64,000 nt of DNA, taken from the NCBI GenBank assembly GCA_963773925.1, contig CAVZDC010000001.1, forward strand, positions 88,823 through 152,822, read 5' to 3'. This DNA comes from Pirellulales bacterium (lineage in GTDB: Bacteria > Planctomycetota > Planctomycetia > Pirellulales > JADZDJ01). Made by a program: the position numbers and the translations under genes. How positions within the stretch are numbered: the first letter of the stretch is position 1; the number at the start of each line of letters is the position of its first letter. This document shows, in pieces, positions 1 to 10,426 of this stretch. A model generated the notes under the pieces. It did not search any database. It saw only the letters and a list, made by a program, of their open reading frames with translations, and was not told the DNA's origin.

Positions 1-1
1 C

Positions 2-316
2 GAAATCTCGATCGGCGATTACATCCTCGGCGGCGGCGAAGTCCCCGCCATGGTCCTGATCGACGCCGTCATCCGCCTGGTGCCTGGCGTCCTGGGCGAC
101 GAACAAAGCGCCCGCCACGATTCGTTTTCCGACACCGCCGGCGGGCGCCTCTTAGAATCCGGCCATTTCACCCGCCCCCGCGAATATCGCGGCCTCACCG
201 TTCCCGAAGTCCTGATCAGCGGCGACCACGAAGCCATCGAGCGCTGGCGCCAAGAGCAATCCGTCCAAATCACCCGCCAGCGCCGCGAAGATTTGCTGCC
301 ACCCCCGCCTGGCTAG
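2..316 (+). CDS. trmD: tRNA (guanine37-N1)-methyltransferase TrmD, C-terminal part (5' end outside window)
   Basis: The ORF is open to the window edge. [61 protein letters not shown] matches the conserved TrmD C-terminal half. Confidence 0.9.
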   Translation, partial: EISIGDYILGGGEVPAMVLIDAVIRLVPGVLGDEQSARHDSFSDTAGGRLLESGHFTRPREYRGLTVPEVLISGDHEAIERWRQEQSVQITRQRREDLLPPPPG

Positions 317-525
317 TTATCTTTTGGTTTGGCTCCGGAGCTTCTCGCAGTCCGAACAATCCAGACTGCGCCCACCAGCGACGCAATTCCAACGGCGCCG
401 TAACCAATTCGCCAGGCCAGTACGCCGTCGTTCATGGGCTCGAGCGTCGCCAAAAATCCGAAGACGCAATATCCTACGATCCCAAGCAGTAGCACGGTCA
501 ACATGACCCGAACCATCAATGGCAT
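313..525 (-). CDS. small two-helix membrane protein (hypothetical)
   Basis: [51 protein letters not shown] has two hydrophobic helices. It is part of track ORF 313..1041, which I interpret as an artificial fusion (see 552..915). Its stop overlaps the trmD stop by 4 nt. Confidence 0.4.
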   Translation of the reverse strand: MPLMVRVMLTVLLLGIVGYCVFGFLATLEPMNDGVLAWRIGYGAVGIASLVGAVWIVRTARSSGAKPKDN

Positions 526-551
526 GGCAACCGCTTTCTGTTTCGAGCCGT

Positions 552-915
552 TTACTTCTTCCCCATCGAATCCAGCAACTTCTGCATCTGGGCCTGCTGC
601 TTCTCCCAGGTATCCAAAATCTTCGAGTACCGTTCGGCAACTTTTTCCTGACTTCGCAGTCTGTTCTTCCCAGCGCGTCAGCAACGCATCCACCCGTTTG
701 CCGCGGTCGGAATCCTCGTCCAATTTCTTTTGATACGCCTCCCGCTGCTTCTTCGTGGCTTCGTTAATCAACTGATACGCCTCCTCGATCTGCTTGGCGG
801 CGGCCGTGTCCTTCGGATCGGGCCGCACCTGCGCGTCGGCAACATACACAAGCAACCCGCTGGCTGCAAAACAGGCAATAATGGCAATGACAATGAAAAC
901 TCGAGTCGATCTCAT
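552..915 (-). CDS. signal-anchored coiled-coil protein (hypothetical), one apparent frameshift
   Basis: An MRSTRVFIVIAIIACFAASGLLVYVA anchor is followed by a coiled coil (KQIEEAYQLINEATKKQREAYQKKL..LLTRWEEQTAKSGK). Removing one A from the A5 run at 646-650 continues it as VAERYSKILDTWEKQQAQMQKLLDSMGKK* (stop 552-554). That reading is far more protein-like than the uncorrected frame. Confidence 0.45.
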
Positions 916-1104
916 GGATAGGCTCCCCGCGTGAATATCGGTGATGGAATCGGTAGGCTGATTGTAATTGAGCGCCTCTGCCCAATCAAAAATGCCCGGT
1001 TTTCCCAACCGCCGAACGCTCCATTGCGAAACCACCCCCAAACACGTTAAACTCTTGGTTTATACAAATCGCAGGCGAAATAGCAGATATCGGAAGGTGC
1101 GGTC

Positions 1105-1515
1105 ATGAGCCAGAAAACTTTGGACCTCGTTGAAAAAAGCTCGCTGAAAACCGAGGTGCCCGAATTCAAAATCGGCGACACGGTCGACGTCCATACCCGC
1201 ATCCTGGAAGGTGAAAAGGAACGCATTCAGATTTTCAACGGCGTCGTGATCGCCCGCAGCGGCTCGGGCAGCCGCGAAATGTTCACTGTCCGCCGCATCG
1301 TGCAAGGCGAAGGCGTGGAGCGGAAATTTCCGCTGCACTCCCCCAAAATCGCCAAAATCGAAGTGAAATCCAGCGGCATCGTCCGCCGGGCCAAGCTGTA
1401 CTTCCTTCGCGATCGTGTCGGCAAAGCGGTCCGCCTGCGTCAGAAGCGTAGCGGCAAAGAAGTCCCGCTGGTGCCAGGCGAAGAAACTGCTTTGGAGCCG
1501 GCGACCACCGCCTAA
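1105..1515 (+). CDS. rplS: 50S ribosomal protein L19
   Basis: [66 protein letters not shown] is the L19 signature. Confidence 0.95.
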   Translation: MSQKTLDLVEKSSLKTEVPEFKIGDTVDVHTRILEGEKERIQIFNGVVIARSGSGSREMFTVRRIVQGEGVERKFPLHSPKIAKIEVKSSGIVRRAKLYFLRDRVGKAVRLRQKRSGKEVPLVPGEETALEPATTA

Positions 1516-1569
1516 TCACAAAGCCGCGACCGCCCGTCGCGCTGACTGCGTGCTTGTCCGGGGTGGAAC

Positions 1570-1998
1570 ATGCACATCCCCGTCGCGATCTCCTCGTGGT
1601 GGGAAAAATTCTGGCGTCCCAAGCCGTTGGGATATCTCGGCGAACGTGCCGCGGAAAAATATCTCAAGCGCCGCGGACTGAAAATTGTCGCCCGTGGTTT
1701 GCGTTTGCGCGGCGGCGAGCTGGATCTGATTGCCGCCGATGGCCGCACGATAGTGTTCGTCGAGGTGAAAACCCGCCGCACCCCGCGCTACGGCCACCCC
1801 GCCGAAGCCGTCGATTCGCGCAAACAATGGCGTCTGACCCGGGCGGCCCTGATCTTCCTTAAGCGTCACGGCCTGTTGGAATACAACTGCCGCTTCGACG
1901 TGGTGGCCGTCATCTGGCCCCACGGCCAAAAACGGCCGAACATCCAGCACATCCAAAACGCCTTCGAAGCCCAAGGTCCCGTGGGAATGTTTACCTGA
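1570..1998 (+). CDS. yraN: YraN-family endonuclease (UPF0102)
   Basis: GERAAEKYLKRRGLKIVARGLRLRGGELDLIAADGRTIVFVEVKTRR...RFDVVAV is the typical YraN core. Confidence 0.85.
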   Translation: MHIPVAISSWWEKFWRPKPLGYLGERAAEKYLKRRGLKIVARGLRLRGGELDLIAADGRTIVFVEVKTRRTPRYGHPAEAVDSRKQWRLTRAALIFLKRHGLLEYNCRFDVVAVIWPHGQKRPNIQHIQNAFEAQGPVGMFT

Positions 1999-2007
1999 TT
2001 GGGTGCC

Positions 2008-2029
2008 ATGCCCACGTCCGCGTGGGCAT
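2008..2029. terminator. 9-bp GC-rich hairpin between convergent yraN and rph (possible bidirectional terminator, no U-run)
   Basis: ATGCCCACG-tccg-CGTGGGCAT lies in the 38-nt convergent spacer. Confidence 0.3.
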
Positions 2030-2036
2030 GTCCTAT

Positions 2037-2748
2037 CACTTAAGCGCCTGCTGCTGAATTGCAGCCAATTGTCCAATCCCGCCGCGCCAACTCCAATAGC
2101 GTGTGCAATTCCTCCTCGCTGAACGTGGCTTCCTCGCCCGTGCCCTGCACTTCAACAAACCGCCCCTCGCCGGTCATCACCACGTTCATATCCACCGCGG
2201 CTTCCACGTCCTCCGAATAGTCGAGGTCCAATAGCGCCAGCCCCTCCACAATTCCCACGCTCACCGCCGCCACGCTGGTGGAAACTGGCAGGCGATCCGG
2301 ATCCAACGAACTGCCGATCGTTTCCAAGGCATCGACCAGCGCCACGTACGCCCCCGTGATGCTCAGCGTGCGCGTGCCGCCATCGGCCTCTAACACGTCG
2401 CAATCGATGGCGATGGTGCTGCTCGCCAATCGCGTCCAAATCGATAATCGCCCGCAAGCTGCGCCCGATGAGCCGCTGAATTTCGGTGGTGCGCCCGTCG
2501 GTTTTGCCGTCTCGGTCGCGCTTCTTCCGCGGGCTGGTGCTCCCCGGCAGCATGTTGTACTCCGCCGTAAGCCACCCGCGCCCCTTGCCGGCCATCCACT
2601 CCGGCACTTTCGCATCGACCGATGCCGTGCACAGCACGGTAGTGCCGCCAGCCTGAATCAGCACGCTCCCCGGCGCAGTGCGCGTGAAATGCCGCCGGAT
2701 CGCAATCGGCCGCAACTCGTCCGCCTTTCGGCCATCGCGGCGCATCAT
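2037..2748 (-). CDS. rph: ribonuclease PH (two apparent frameshifts)
   Basis: Track ORFs 2152..2751 and 2040..2615 are the N and C halves ([32 protein letters not shown] and [27 protein letters not shown]). Frame breaks lie near 2417 and near 2085; the corrected tail is ..[17 protein letters not shown]. The ATG at 2748 overlaps the argF TGA. Confidence 0.85.
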
Positions 2749-3662
2749 CAATTCCCCCGGCCCAACAGCCAGGCGATGATCCCTTTTTGCACGTGCATGC
2801 GGTTGCCGGCCTGCTGCACGACCACGCTATTTTTACTGTCGATCACTTCGTCGGTCACTTCCTCGCCGCGGTGCGCCGGCAGGCAGTGCATGAAATACGC
2901 CTCGGGAGCATGCTTCATCAGTTCCGCATTCACTTGGTACGGCCCGAATACCTTCCGCCGCTCGGCAATCTCCGACTCCTGCCCCATGCTGGCCCACACG
3001 TCGGTGTACACCGCGACGGCCTCCTTCACCGCCTTCGTAGGATCATCCGTCGTCGTCAGATCGATTTTTGGAATATCTTTCTTGATCCGCGCGATCTCCT
3101 CTTTGCTGAAGCTGTATTTCGGCGGCGAGGCAACCACAATCTTCATTCCCAACAGCCCGCATGCTTCCACCAGGCTGCGGCACACGTTGTTGGCATCGCC
3201 AACCCACGCCAGCGTCAGACCATTGAGCCGCCCCACCAACTCGCGCAGTGTGTATAAATCGGCCAAAGCCTGACAGGGATGCGAATAGTCGGTCAACCCA
3301 TTGATCACCGGGCAAGTGCTGTGCTGGGCCAACTCGACGACCATCGGATGTTTGTTGGCGCGAATCACGATGCCATCGACATACTGGCTCAGGGTGCGGG
3401 CAAAATCCGGCACACTCTCACGGGTGCCGAAGCCCACGTCCGCCCCCAAAAACATGCTGCTACCGCCCAGCTGAGCCATGCCGGCTTCAAAGCTGACTCG
3501 GGTGCGCAGCGATTGCTTTTCGAACACCAGCGCCAGCACGCGCCCCGGCAGCAGCGATTCCCGCACGCCCTGCAAGTATTTCGTTTTGATGTCGCTGGTA
3601 ATGGCGAAGATGCGTTCAATTTCCGCCGTCGTTAGATCGGTAATTGTTATGAGATGTCGCAT
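2748..3662 (-). CDS. argF: ornithine carbamoyltransferase
   Basis: [22 protein letters not shown] and [13 protein letters not shown] motifs are present. The start was chosen at [10 protein letters not shown] (3662) because the longer ORF would overlap argD and run through a repeat tract. Confidence 0.9.
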   Translation of the reverse strand: MRHLITITDLTTAEIERIFAITSDIKTKYLQGVRESLLPGRVLALVFEKQSLRTRVSFEAGMAQLGGSSMFLGADVGFGTRESVPDFARTLSQYVDGIVIRANKHPMVVELAQHSTCPVINGLTDYSHPCQALADLYTLRELVGRLNGLTLAWVGDANNVCRSLVEACGLLGMKIVVASPPKYSFSKEEIARIKKDIPKIDLTTTDDPTKAVKEAVAVYTDVWASMGQESEIAERRKVFGPYQVNAELMKHAPEAYFMHCLPAHRGEEVTDEVIDSKNSVVVQQAGNRMHVQKGIIAWLLGRGN

Positions 3663-3666
3663 GGTG

Positions 3667-3694
3667 GAGCGAGGGGTGAGGGGCGAGGGCCGAG
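3667..3694 (-). repeat. 7-nt tandem tract abutting the argF start
   Basis: The sense strand reads CTCGGCC CTCGCCC CTCACCC CTCGCTC cacc-ATG. Confidence 0.7.
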
Positions 3695-3733
3695 CAGCCG
3701 AAGTTTTTTGTGGTGCTGTAGTAACCATGAATG

Positions 3734-4942
3734 TCATTTTACCGTGGATTGATGTTTGAGAACGTCCGCCAGAATATCGCAACCTTCGTGCACTTGTTCT
3801 TCACTGATATTCAGCGCCGGCAATAGCCGGATCACTACGCCATGCGTGCAGTTGATCAGCAGGCGACGATCGAGGCACGCTTTCACAATCGGCGCCCCGT
3901 CGGTCGTCAGCTCCACGCCGATCATCATCCCCAGCACGCGCACCTCGCGGATCAAATTGCACTGCTGCTTGAGCGACTCCAGCCGCGTGCGGAACACTTC
4001 GCTCATCTTCTTGGCGTGTTCCAGCAAGTTTTCGTTCTCCACGGCCTCAATGTACGCCACGCCTGCCCGGGCGGCGATCGGGTTGCCGCCAAAGGTCGCC
4101 GCGTGCATCCCCGGCCGCAAACTGGGTGCAATTTCCGGCTTGACCATCATTGCGCCTCCCGCCACGCCGCCGCACAGCGCCTTGGCCAGCGTCATCACAT
4201 CCGGCGTCACGTCAAAATGCTGGTAGGCAAACCACTCGCCGGTTCGCCCGCACCCTGTCTGCACCTCATCGAAGATCAACAGCAATTTGTTTTCGTCGCA
4301 CAGTTGCCGCAGCCCGGGCAGAAAATCGGCCGGCGGAATGTTAATGCCCCCTTCGCCTTGCACCGGCTCGACCATAATCGCGGCTGTCTCCCGATCGATC
4401 AGCCCCTTCACCGCCTGCAAATCGCCAAATTGTGCGTACACGAAGCCGGCCATCAATGGCCCGAGCCCTTCGTGATACTTTGGCTGCGCCGTGGCGGCCG
4501 TCGCGCCCAACGTGCGTCCATGAAATCCGCCGGTGAAAGTGATGATTTTGTAACGCTCTTTCGGCGTGTGCAGCCGAGCCAGCTTGATCGCCGCCTCGTT
4601 CGCCTCGGTCCCCGAATTGCAAAAGAACGCCTGCCCGCCGAAGCTTCGCTCCGAAAGGGCCTGGGCCCACAACCCCTGCCACGGCGTGTGCCAGGTGTTG
4701 GGCACGTGAATCAGCGTGGCGATTTGCTCCTGCACCGCTTCGACCACTTGCGGCGGACAGTGCCCCAGCAAATTGCAGCCCCAGCCGGGAAAGAAATCGA
4801 GATATTCGTTCCCTTCCGCGTCCCACACGTACGAACCTTCGCCGCGCACCAGCGACACCGGGAACCGCGCGTAGTTCGGCACCACGTACTTCTTGAACAG
4901 TTCGATCGTTTCGGCGGAGTTCATAGTTCCGGTAGTAGACAT
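3734..4942 (-). CDS. argD: acetylornithine aminotransferase
   Basis: This is a class-III aminotransferase: [46 protein letters not shown]. Confidence 0.9.
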   Translation of the reverse strand: MSTTGTMNSAETIELFKKYVVPNYARFPVSLVRGEGSYVWDAEGNEYLDFFPGWGCNLLGHCPPQVVEAVQEQIATLIHVPNTWHTPWQGLWAQALSERSFGGQAFFCNSGTEANEAAIKLARLHTPKERYKIITFTGGFHGRTLGATAATAQPKYHEGLGPLMAGFVYAQFGDLQAVKGLIDRETAAIMVEPVQGEGGINIPPADFLPGLRQLCDENKLLLIFDEVQTGCGRTGEWFAYQHFDVTPDVMTLAKALCGGVAGGAMMVKPEIAPSLRPGMHAATFGGNPIAARAGVAYIEAVENENLLEHAKKMSEVFRTRLESLKQQCNLIREVRVLGMMIGVELTTDGAPIVKACLDRRLLINCTHGVVIRLLPALNISEEQVHEGCDILADVLKHQSTVK

Positions 4943-4970
4943 GGTGGAAAGCGCCGGGTTCGGGCTCGTA

Positions 4971-5870
4971 TCATTCGTCGCGCATCATTTCAGTGCCGAC
5001 GCCTTTGTTTGTATAAATCTCCAACAGCAGCGAGTGCCGCAGCCGCCCGTCGATGATGTGAATCTTCCGCACCCCTTTATCCAGCGTCTCCAAGCAGCCT
5101 TCAACCTTCGGGATCATCCCACTTTCAATCGCCCCGTCGCTAATTAACTTCCGCGCCTGGGCGGCCGTCAAAGAATTCAGGAGCGTCTTTGGATCATCCT
5201 TTTTCTTCCGCACCCCATTCACGTCGCTCAAAAAAATCAGCTTTTCCGCCCCCAAAGCCGTCGCCACGGCGGTGGCTGCCGTGTCGGCATTCACGTTCAG
5301 CTTTTCGCCGTCGGGACCCAGGCACATTGAGGGAATCACCGGCACCTGCCCGGCGTAGCACAGGTTTTCAATCGTCGTTCGATCCACGCGGGTGACCGTG
5401 CCGACGTGCCCCAGATCGACATCCTTGTCGGCGTCGTCCTTGAGCATGATTCGCTCGCCGAAGAGCACGTTGGTGGTGCGAAAGTTGAGCGGCATCGCCC
5501 GGCCGCCGAATTCTTCGATCCGTTTGGCGATGTATTCGCAGGTTTCGTAAGCCAGCGTTTGCTCGACGATCGCCAGCGTGGCATCGTCGGTGTACCGTCT
5601 GCCCTGAATGAACCGCGGCTCCAACCCCGCCGCATCCATCGCCCGGCTGATCGCCGCCCCGCCTCCATGCACCACCACCGGCCGCATGCCCACGGTTTCC
5701 ATGAACACAATGTCGATCAGCAAATGCGGCAGCGTCTTCTCGTCTTCCATGACGCTGCCCCCCAGCTTAATCACCGTCACTTTGTCGCGGAACCGCCGGA
5801 TCCAGCCCAACGCTTCAATCAGCACGTCGGCCTTTTCGATGGCGTGTTGATGGTGGGTTTCAACGCTCAC
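4971..5870 (-). CDS. argB: acetylglutamate kinase
   Basis: [29 protein letters not shown]...VVVHGGG is present. The maximal ORF reaches 5948. A GTG at 5870, preceded by GGGAGG, gives a typical roughly 299-aa ArgB. Confidence 0.85.
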   Translation of the reverse strand: MSVETHHQHAIEKADVLIEALGWIRRFRDKVTVIKLGGSVMEDEKTLPHLLIDIVFMETVGMRPVVVHGGGAAISRAMDAAGLEPRFIQGRRYTDDATLAIVEQTLAYETCEYIAKRIEEFGGRAMPLNFRTTNVLFGERIMLKDDADKDVDLGHVGTVTRVDRTTIENLCYAGQVPVIPSMCLGPDGEKLNVNADTAATAVATALGAEKLIFLSDVNGVRKKKDDPKTLLNSLTAAQARKLISDGAIESGMIPKVEGCLETLDKGVRKIHIIDGRLRHSLLLEIYTNKGVGTEMMRDE

Positions 5871-6043
5871 TCTGTCGGCGCCTCCCGAAGGTGAATTTCC
5901 CCAGCGACTGGCTTCCCTTGGGCTGGGTGCAACCCTAAGGCAGTCCACAAGTTGTAGGCAAACAGGTCATTCTATGAAGGCGCCGCCTGCCGTCAACGCC
6001 CTGCGGTTTGCCAAGATGCCCGCGGAAACGCGGCAAAATCTCG

Positions 6044-6072
6044 TTGACCGCCATTTCTGCCATCGCTATACT
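6044..6072 (+). promoter_or_regulatory. near-consensus sigma-70-type promoter
   Basis: TTGACC (6044-6049), a 17-nt spacer, then TATACT (6067-6072), about 100 nt upstream of the 6172 ORF. Confidence 0.5.
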
Positions 6073-6075
6073 ATT

Positions 6076-6090
6076 TGCAATTCAATTGCA
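6076..6090. promoter_or_regulatory. perfect 15-nt palindrome at the predicted transcription start (candidate operator)
   Basis: TGCAATTcAATTGCA lies directly after the -10 element. An extra half-site GCAATTG is at 6106-6112. Confidence 0.35.
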
Positions 6091-6171
6091 GGAGTGCTCG
6101 TGAGCGCAATTGGTTCGTCGTTGGCTTTTTAGCCACCTTCCAATTCCAGGATTCTTTGCGCTCTGTGTTCT

Positions 6172-6534
6172 ATGTTCCACCGTTTCGCAGTCCGAACCGT
6201 TCTCCTGTGCTACGGCGTCATTGCGCTGTTCGGCCAGGGGCTGCACGAGTGGATCGAACACGATGACGATGACGCCCCGCCTGTAGCCGTCGTCTCCGCC
6301 TGCCAGTCGTCTGGACCGCACCTGTCCGCCGCTGAGCATGGCGGCTGCGAGCACGATTGCGATCATTGCGCCATCTGTCAGCATCAGGCACAGGGACAGT
6401 TTTTTGTTGCCACGCCGCCGCTGGGAATCTTACTGGCGGTGCGCGAACTTCTTTCCTCTCCCGCGCCGGAAGCAGTCGTTTGTCCGGCGCACTTCTCTCC
6501 TGCTCAGCCGCGCGCCCCGCCCGTGTTCGCTTGA
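6172..6534 (+). CDS. small Cys/His-rich membrane-anchored protein (hypothetical)
   Basis: An N-terminal helix (VRTVLLCYGVIALFG) is followed by HEWIEHDDDD and EHGGCEHDCDHCAICQH. It is the first ORF after the 6044 promoter. Confidence 0.5.
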   Translation: MFHRFAVRTVLLCYGVIALFGQGLHEWIEHDDDDAPPVAVVSACQSSGPHLSAAEHGGCEHDCDHCAICQHQAQGQFFVATPPLGILLAVRELLSSPAPEAVVCPAHFSPAQPRAPPVFA

Positions 6535-6620
6535 CGAACTGATCGGGCTGGTCATGGCCGTTTCGTAGTTGGGTGCACCTTGCGCCTAACGCGGCATCTT
6601 CCATTTTTGGGATCGCAGCT

Positions 6621-7328
6621 ATGCATGCGCGTTGCGCTTTTACGCTGGTTGAGCTGCTGATGGTCATCGCCATCATCGGCGTGCTGATTGCGCTATTGTT
6701 GCCCGCGGTGCAAAATGCCCGCGAGGCCGCCCGCCGCACCCAGTGCGCCAGCAACATGCGTCAGGTCGGCCTGGCCATGCGGCAATATTGCGACACGCAT
6801 CATGGTTTGTTTCCCGACACCACGCACACCAGTCTGATCGACCCGGTCACCGGCACGTACGACCACGCATGGATTTACACAATCGCGCCATTCATGGAAA
6901 GCGTCGATGCCATTCGCATCTGTCCCGATGACCAGTTCGGGCCCGACCGTTACCGGCTGCACATGACCAGCTACGTGATGAACGCCTATCTCACCACCGA
7001 GGCGGGCACCGCATACATCAACTTCAACAAGCTGCAGGAGAAATCGAAGACCATTTTCATGTTCGAAATCTCCGACCAGAAGAACCCGATCGCCCCCGGC
7101 GTCGATCCTAGTGACATGGACCACATCCATTCGTTCCTGTGGTTCGAGCCGGCCAACATCGCCACGCATAAAGTGATGCAGAAAATTGAAGCCGATATCT
7201 GCACCGAGCGCCACGGCACTGGCACACACTTCCTGTACGGCGACGGTCGGGTGGAGTGGATCAACTCGTCAAAAATCCAAGCCTGGGCCGATCAGCCGTT
7301 CGAATTTCCCAAGCCTTATGCACCGTAA
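6621..7328 (+). CDS. DUF1559 / H-X9-DG protein with prepilin-type N-terminal methylation motif
   Basis: [47 protein letters not shown] is present, and [12 protein letters not shown] gives the H-X9-DG motif. Confidence 0.85.
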   Translation: MHARCAFTLVELLMVIAIIGVLIALLLPAVQNAREAARRTQCASNMRQVGLAMRQYCDTHHGLFPDTTHTSLIDPVTGTYDHAWIYTIAPFMESVDAIRICPDDQFGPDRYRLHMTSYVMNAYLTTEAGTAYINFNKLQEKSKTIFMFEISDQKNPIAPGVDPSDMDHIHSFLWFEPANIATHKVMQKIEADICTERHGTGTHFLYGDGRVEWINSSKIQAWADQPFEFPKPYAP

Positions 7329-7440
7329 TCATTTTAGGAACCACAATTTTCGAAAATCCGGAGTTCGCTCGTGAAATAACTTTCCCAATCTTTTTCTCAC
7401 ATTACTCAGATTCATTTCCATTAATTGGGAGAGCTGTTCC

Positions 7441-8306
7441 ATGATTTCACGCAGACTTTGTTTGATCTTGATGGTAGGAACTTGCGTTTTGCACGTGCCT
7501 GCGGCCCGGCGCAGGACGCCAACGGCGACGACGGCGACCTATCGGCCCGCGCCAACGGCGGCCAAATCGTGATGGGGCTGTGGGATGACGACAGTAACGC
7601 CGACCTGGGCTATCTCACGCCGCAGGTGCTGGGCGTCACGCTAGGACCCTCGGGCAACACCTTCATCGCCTCGGAGCCTGGCATGAACGCTCGAGCTAAT
7701 CCTTCGCCTGGAACGGAATTGCCAGCCGGCAATCTCTGGAGCGACGCCATGGCGTTCCTTCTCCCCGGAGGCGCCACTGCCGCCAACCTGTTCTACTGGA
7801 ACGGCAGCGATACCACCGCCGGCGGAGATCCTGATTTCGTTCCAGTTTCGGCCGGCACAACGCTGTCGTTGACGGTTGTCCGCATGGGCCAAACGACAAC
7901 GTCAATCACCGCCGATGGCTCGGCCAACGCCACCGTCGGCTTGCATTGGGGCCAGAAGATCGACGGAAACATTTTGCATCAGCACCCCAACACTTCGCTA
8001 CAGATGACTGCAGGCACGCCCGCCGAGGGAATTTATCTGTTGGGATTGCAGTTCTACATGACCGACAACACGACGGCGATCAACCCGTCCGACTTGGTGT
8101 TGCTCCCCTTTGAAGCCACCGACGGTAACGCCGCCAATAACCCAGGGCAAGATGACGGGTTCTACGACGATGCCCTCAGCACCGCCATCTCCTGGGCCGC
8201 CGACAATTACAGCTCGTTCCAAGTGGTGCCGGAACCATCCACGCTCGTCTTGGGTGGGGTCGGCGGATTGGTAAGTCTTCTATTCTGGCGGCAAACGAAG
8301 ATATAG
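7441..8306 (+). CDS. PEP-CTERM-anchored secreted protein (one apparent frameshift)
   Basis: GGGAGAG precedes the ATG at 7441. The signal peptide MISRRLCLILMVGTCVLHVPAA is in frame 1 and the body (track ORF 7425..8306) is in frame 3; the break is near 7500. The C-terminus VPEPSTLVLGGVGGLVSLLFWRQ is a PEP-CTERM motif. Confidence 0.7.
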
Positions 8307-8413
8307 AGGTCCGGATAACTGAATAATCAATAATTTTAGCAATGGCTGCTGCCCGACCTCCTCCGCGGAGGCCGGGTCAAGTAGCCAACACATTTAAGAA
8401 AGGAAGTCCTTCC

Positions 8414-8935
8414 ATGCGAGTTTGGTATGTCACTTTACTGTGCGCATGTTGGTCAGTTTGGTTTTTCTTCCCCGGCTGTTCCTCGAATAAAAACGCCGAG
8501 CTGGCAAAATCTGCGTCAGGGCATGTGCACATGCACGTCCACGGCCCGCACGATGGCGAATTGATCGAGATCGGCGACGAAGAATATCACGCGGAGATGG
8601 TCCACGATAACCAGACGGTGACAATCTACGTGCTCGACAACAAGCACGAGCATTCCGTGCCGATCTCCGCCGAATCGATCACTATCAAGATGGTCGCCGA
8701 CAACAAACCGATCCAGTTCAAGCTGGCCGCTAAGCCGCAAGAGGGCGATCCAGCCGGCAAAACCTCGCGGTTCGAATCGCAACAACAGGCCCTGGATTTG
8801 GCTTTGGACGACGAACAGGCGGAACGGGAATTGATTATTCCCATTGGCGGAAAAACCTATCAAGCGAAGTTCGTCCACTTCGACGACGAGCATCACCATC
8901 ACCACGAGGCTCCCGCCGCGGCGGAGCCGAAATAG
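8414..8935 (+). CDS. His-rich lipoprotein (putative periplasmic metal-binding protein)
   Basis: It has a lipobox (FFPGC), then GHVHMHVHGPHDGELIEIGDEEYHAEMVHD and a C-terminal HFDDEHHHHHE. AAGAAAGGAAG lies upstream of the ATG. Confidence 0.6.
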   Translation: MRVWYVTLLCACWSVWFFFPGCSSNKNAELAKSASGHVHMHVHGPHDGELIEIGDEEYHAEMVHDNQTVTIYVLDNKHEHSVPISAESITIKMVADNKPIQFKLAAKPQEGDPAGKTSRFESQQQALDLALDDEQAERELIIPIGGKTYQAKFVHFDDEHHHHHEAPAAAEPK

Positions 8936-9095
8936 AGCGTCGCTGCACCATGACTGATCGCCTCCATCCGATTCGCGGCACAATGCCCACCCAAGCCCGA
9001 GATCCACCCTCCCGCTTTCTTGCCGCGCTCGATATCATGCTGTTTGAAATGGCCGCGCCGCTGCGGCCTCATCCGATATGTGTTGGAATGTTCGC

Positions 9096-9575
9096 ATGTC
9101 GCAATCTATCATCCAGCAGCCGAGAGATGGCGAACGCCTAAACGTCGTGGGCGAGCAGATCCGAATCCTGGCCGATTCCAAAGTCACCGATGGCAAATAC
9201 GTGGTGTTCGAGGAAATTTCGCCCCCGGGAGGCGGCCCGCCCCTGCACCGGCATGACCGCGATGACGAGTTCTTCTTCGTCGTTGATGGCGCGGTGAAAT
9301 TCCAAATCGACGGACGCGAATCCGCACTATCGGCAGGCGGTGCCGCGCATGTGCAGAGCGGGAGCATTCATACCTTTGCCAATGTCGGCAGCCGGCCCAG
9401 CCGTATGATCATCGTTTGCTGCCCCGGCGGCATCGAAGAAGCCTTTCGAGAGGCCGACGAGTTAGCTCGCAGCGGCGCAGCCACTCCCGAGAAGCTCGCT
9501 GCGGTGTTCCACCAGGTTGGTATCGAATTCCTGGGGCCGCCGCTGCAAGGCGGCGCGCCCGTCAATCAGCAATAA
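9096..9575 (+). CDS. cupin-domain protein
   Basis: GGGPPLHRHDRDDEFFFVVDG...GSIHTFANVG are the cupin motifs 1 and 2. Confidence 0.75.
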   Translation: MSQSIIQQPRDGERLNVVGEQIRILADSKVTDGKYVVFEEISPPGGGPPLHRHDRDDEFFFVVDGAVKFQIDGRESALSAGGAAHVQSGSIHTFANVGSRPSRMIIVCCPGGIEEAFREADELARSGAATPEKLAAVFHQVGIEFLGPPLQGGAPVNQQ

Positions 9576-9590
9576 GTACGGAGCGCATCG

Positions 9591-10343
9591 TTGTCGTCAC
9601 CTGTCGCCATCGTCATGGCCGCCGGCAAGGGCACGCGGATGAAATCCGATTTGCCCAAAGTGCTGTTCCCCGTCGGCGGGCGGCCGATGGTGGAATACGT
9701 GCTCGACGCGCTGCACGACGTGGGCATCCGCCGCATCGTGGTGGTCGTCGGCTATCGCGCAGATCTGGTGAAAAAAACGCTGGCCAATTGCCCTGGCCTC
9801 GAGTTCGTCGAACAGTCGCCGCAACTGGGCACCGGCCACGCCATCATGGTTTGCCGACCGGCGCTGGAACATCACCTGGGACCCATTCTCATCCTCACCG
9901 GCGATACGCCTCTGGTGCAGCCCTCCACACTGCGAGCCATGTTCGACGAATTCCAGCGCATCAAACCCGCCTGCCTGATGGGTACCGCCCGTAAGCAGAA
10001 CCCGGCGGGACTGGGGCGTGTCGTCCGCGATCAACAAGGAAACTTCCAGGCCATTGTCGAGGAAAAAGACGCCACGCCCGATCAACAGGCCGTCAATGAA
10101 GTGAACATGAGTTATTACCTCTTCGACAGCCGCGAGTTATGGCACGCGCTCGAGCAAGTCAGCAGCGACAACGTGCAAGGGGAGTATTACATCACCGATT
10201 GTCCTGGTATCCTTAAGAAAGAAGGTAAAGACGTGCGGGCGTTGTGCGTGCTCACCCTCGCCGAAACCCTCAGCGTCAACACCCACGACGAACTGGCCGA
10301 AGTCGAAGCGGAACTGGCAAAAGCAAAAAAATTCGGCGCGTAG
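9591..10343 (+). CDS. sugar-1-phosphate nucleotidyltransferase (GlmU N-terminal-domain-like, no acetyltransferase domain)
   Basis: VAIVMAAGKGTRMKSDLPKVL...QLGTGHA...ILTGDTPL is present. The protein is only 250 aa, starts at TTG, and sits directly upstream of prs, as glmU often does. Confidence 0.75.
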   Translation: MSSPVAIVMAAGKGTRMKSDLPKVLFPVGGRPMVEYVLDALHDVGIRRIVVVVGYRADLVKKTLANCPGLEFVEQSPQLGTGHAIMVCRPALEHHLGPILILTGDTPLVQPSTLRAMFDEFQRIKPACLMGTARKQNPAGLGRVVRDQQGNFQAIVEEKDATPDQQAVNEVNMSYYLFDSRELWHALEQVSSDNVQGEYYITDCPGILKKEGKDVRALCVLTLAETLSVNTHDELAEVEAELAKAKKFGA

Positions 10344-10426
10344 TTGGCAGTTTACCCGCGTTGCCACCGGTCATCGACCGAGGGCTAAATGTCGAAATTC
10401 GGGCCTCGCAAGCGCTTACCGCTTCC

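Noticed and set aside
3842-5056. Long plus-strand ORF (404 aa) antisense to argD. Similar long shadow ORFs occur at 10385..11338(-), 21666..23096(+), 27068..28285(-), 50557..51903(+), 51668..53551(+), 58444..59346(-) and 62228..63280(+).
   Set aside because: Each lies exactly antisense to a strongly recognisable gene. Each translates to Arg/Ala/Gly/His-rich low-complexity sequence with no motifs, the usual artefact of high GC content.
8769-8776. GGTTCGAA (T-loop-like) strings at 8769 and 57073 as hints of tRNA genes.
   Set aside because: Both are inside well-supported coding sequence, with no flanking acceptor, D or anticodon arm complementarity. I saw no tRNA or tmRNA anywhere in the window.
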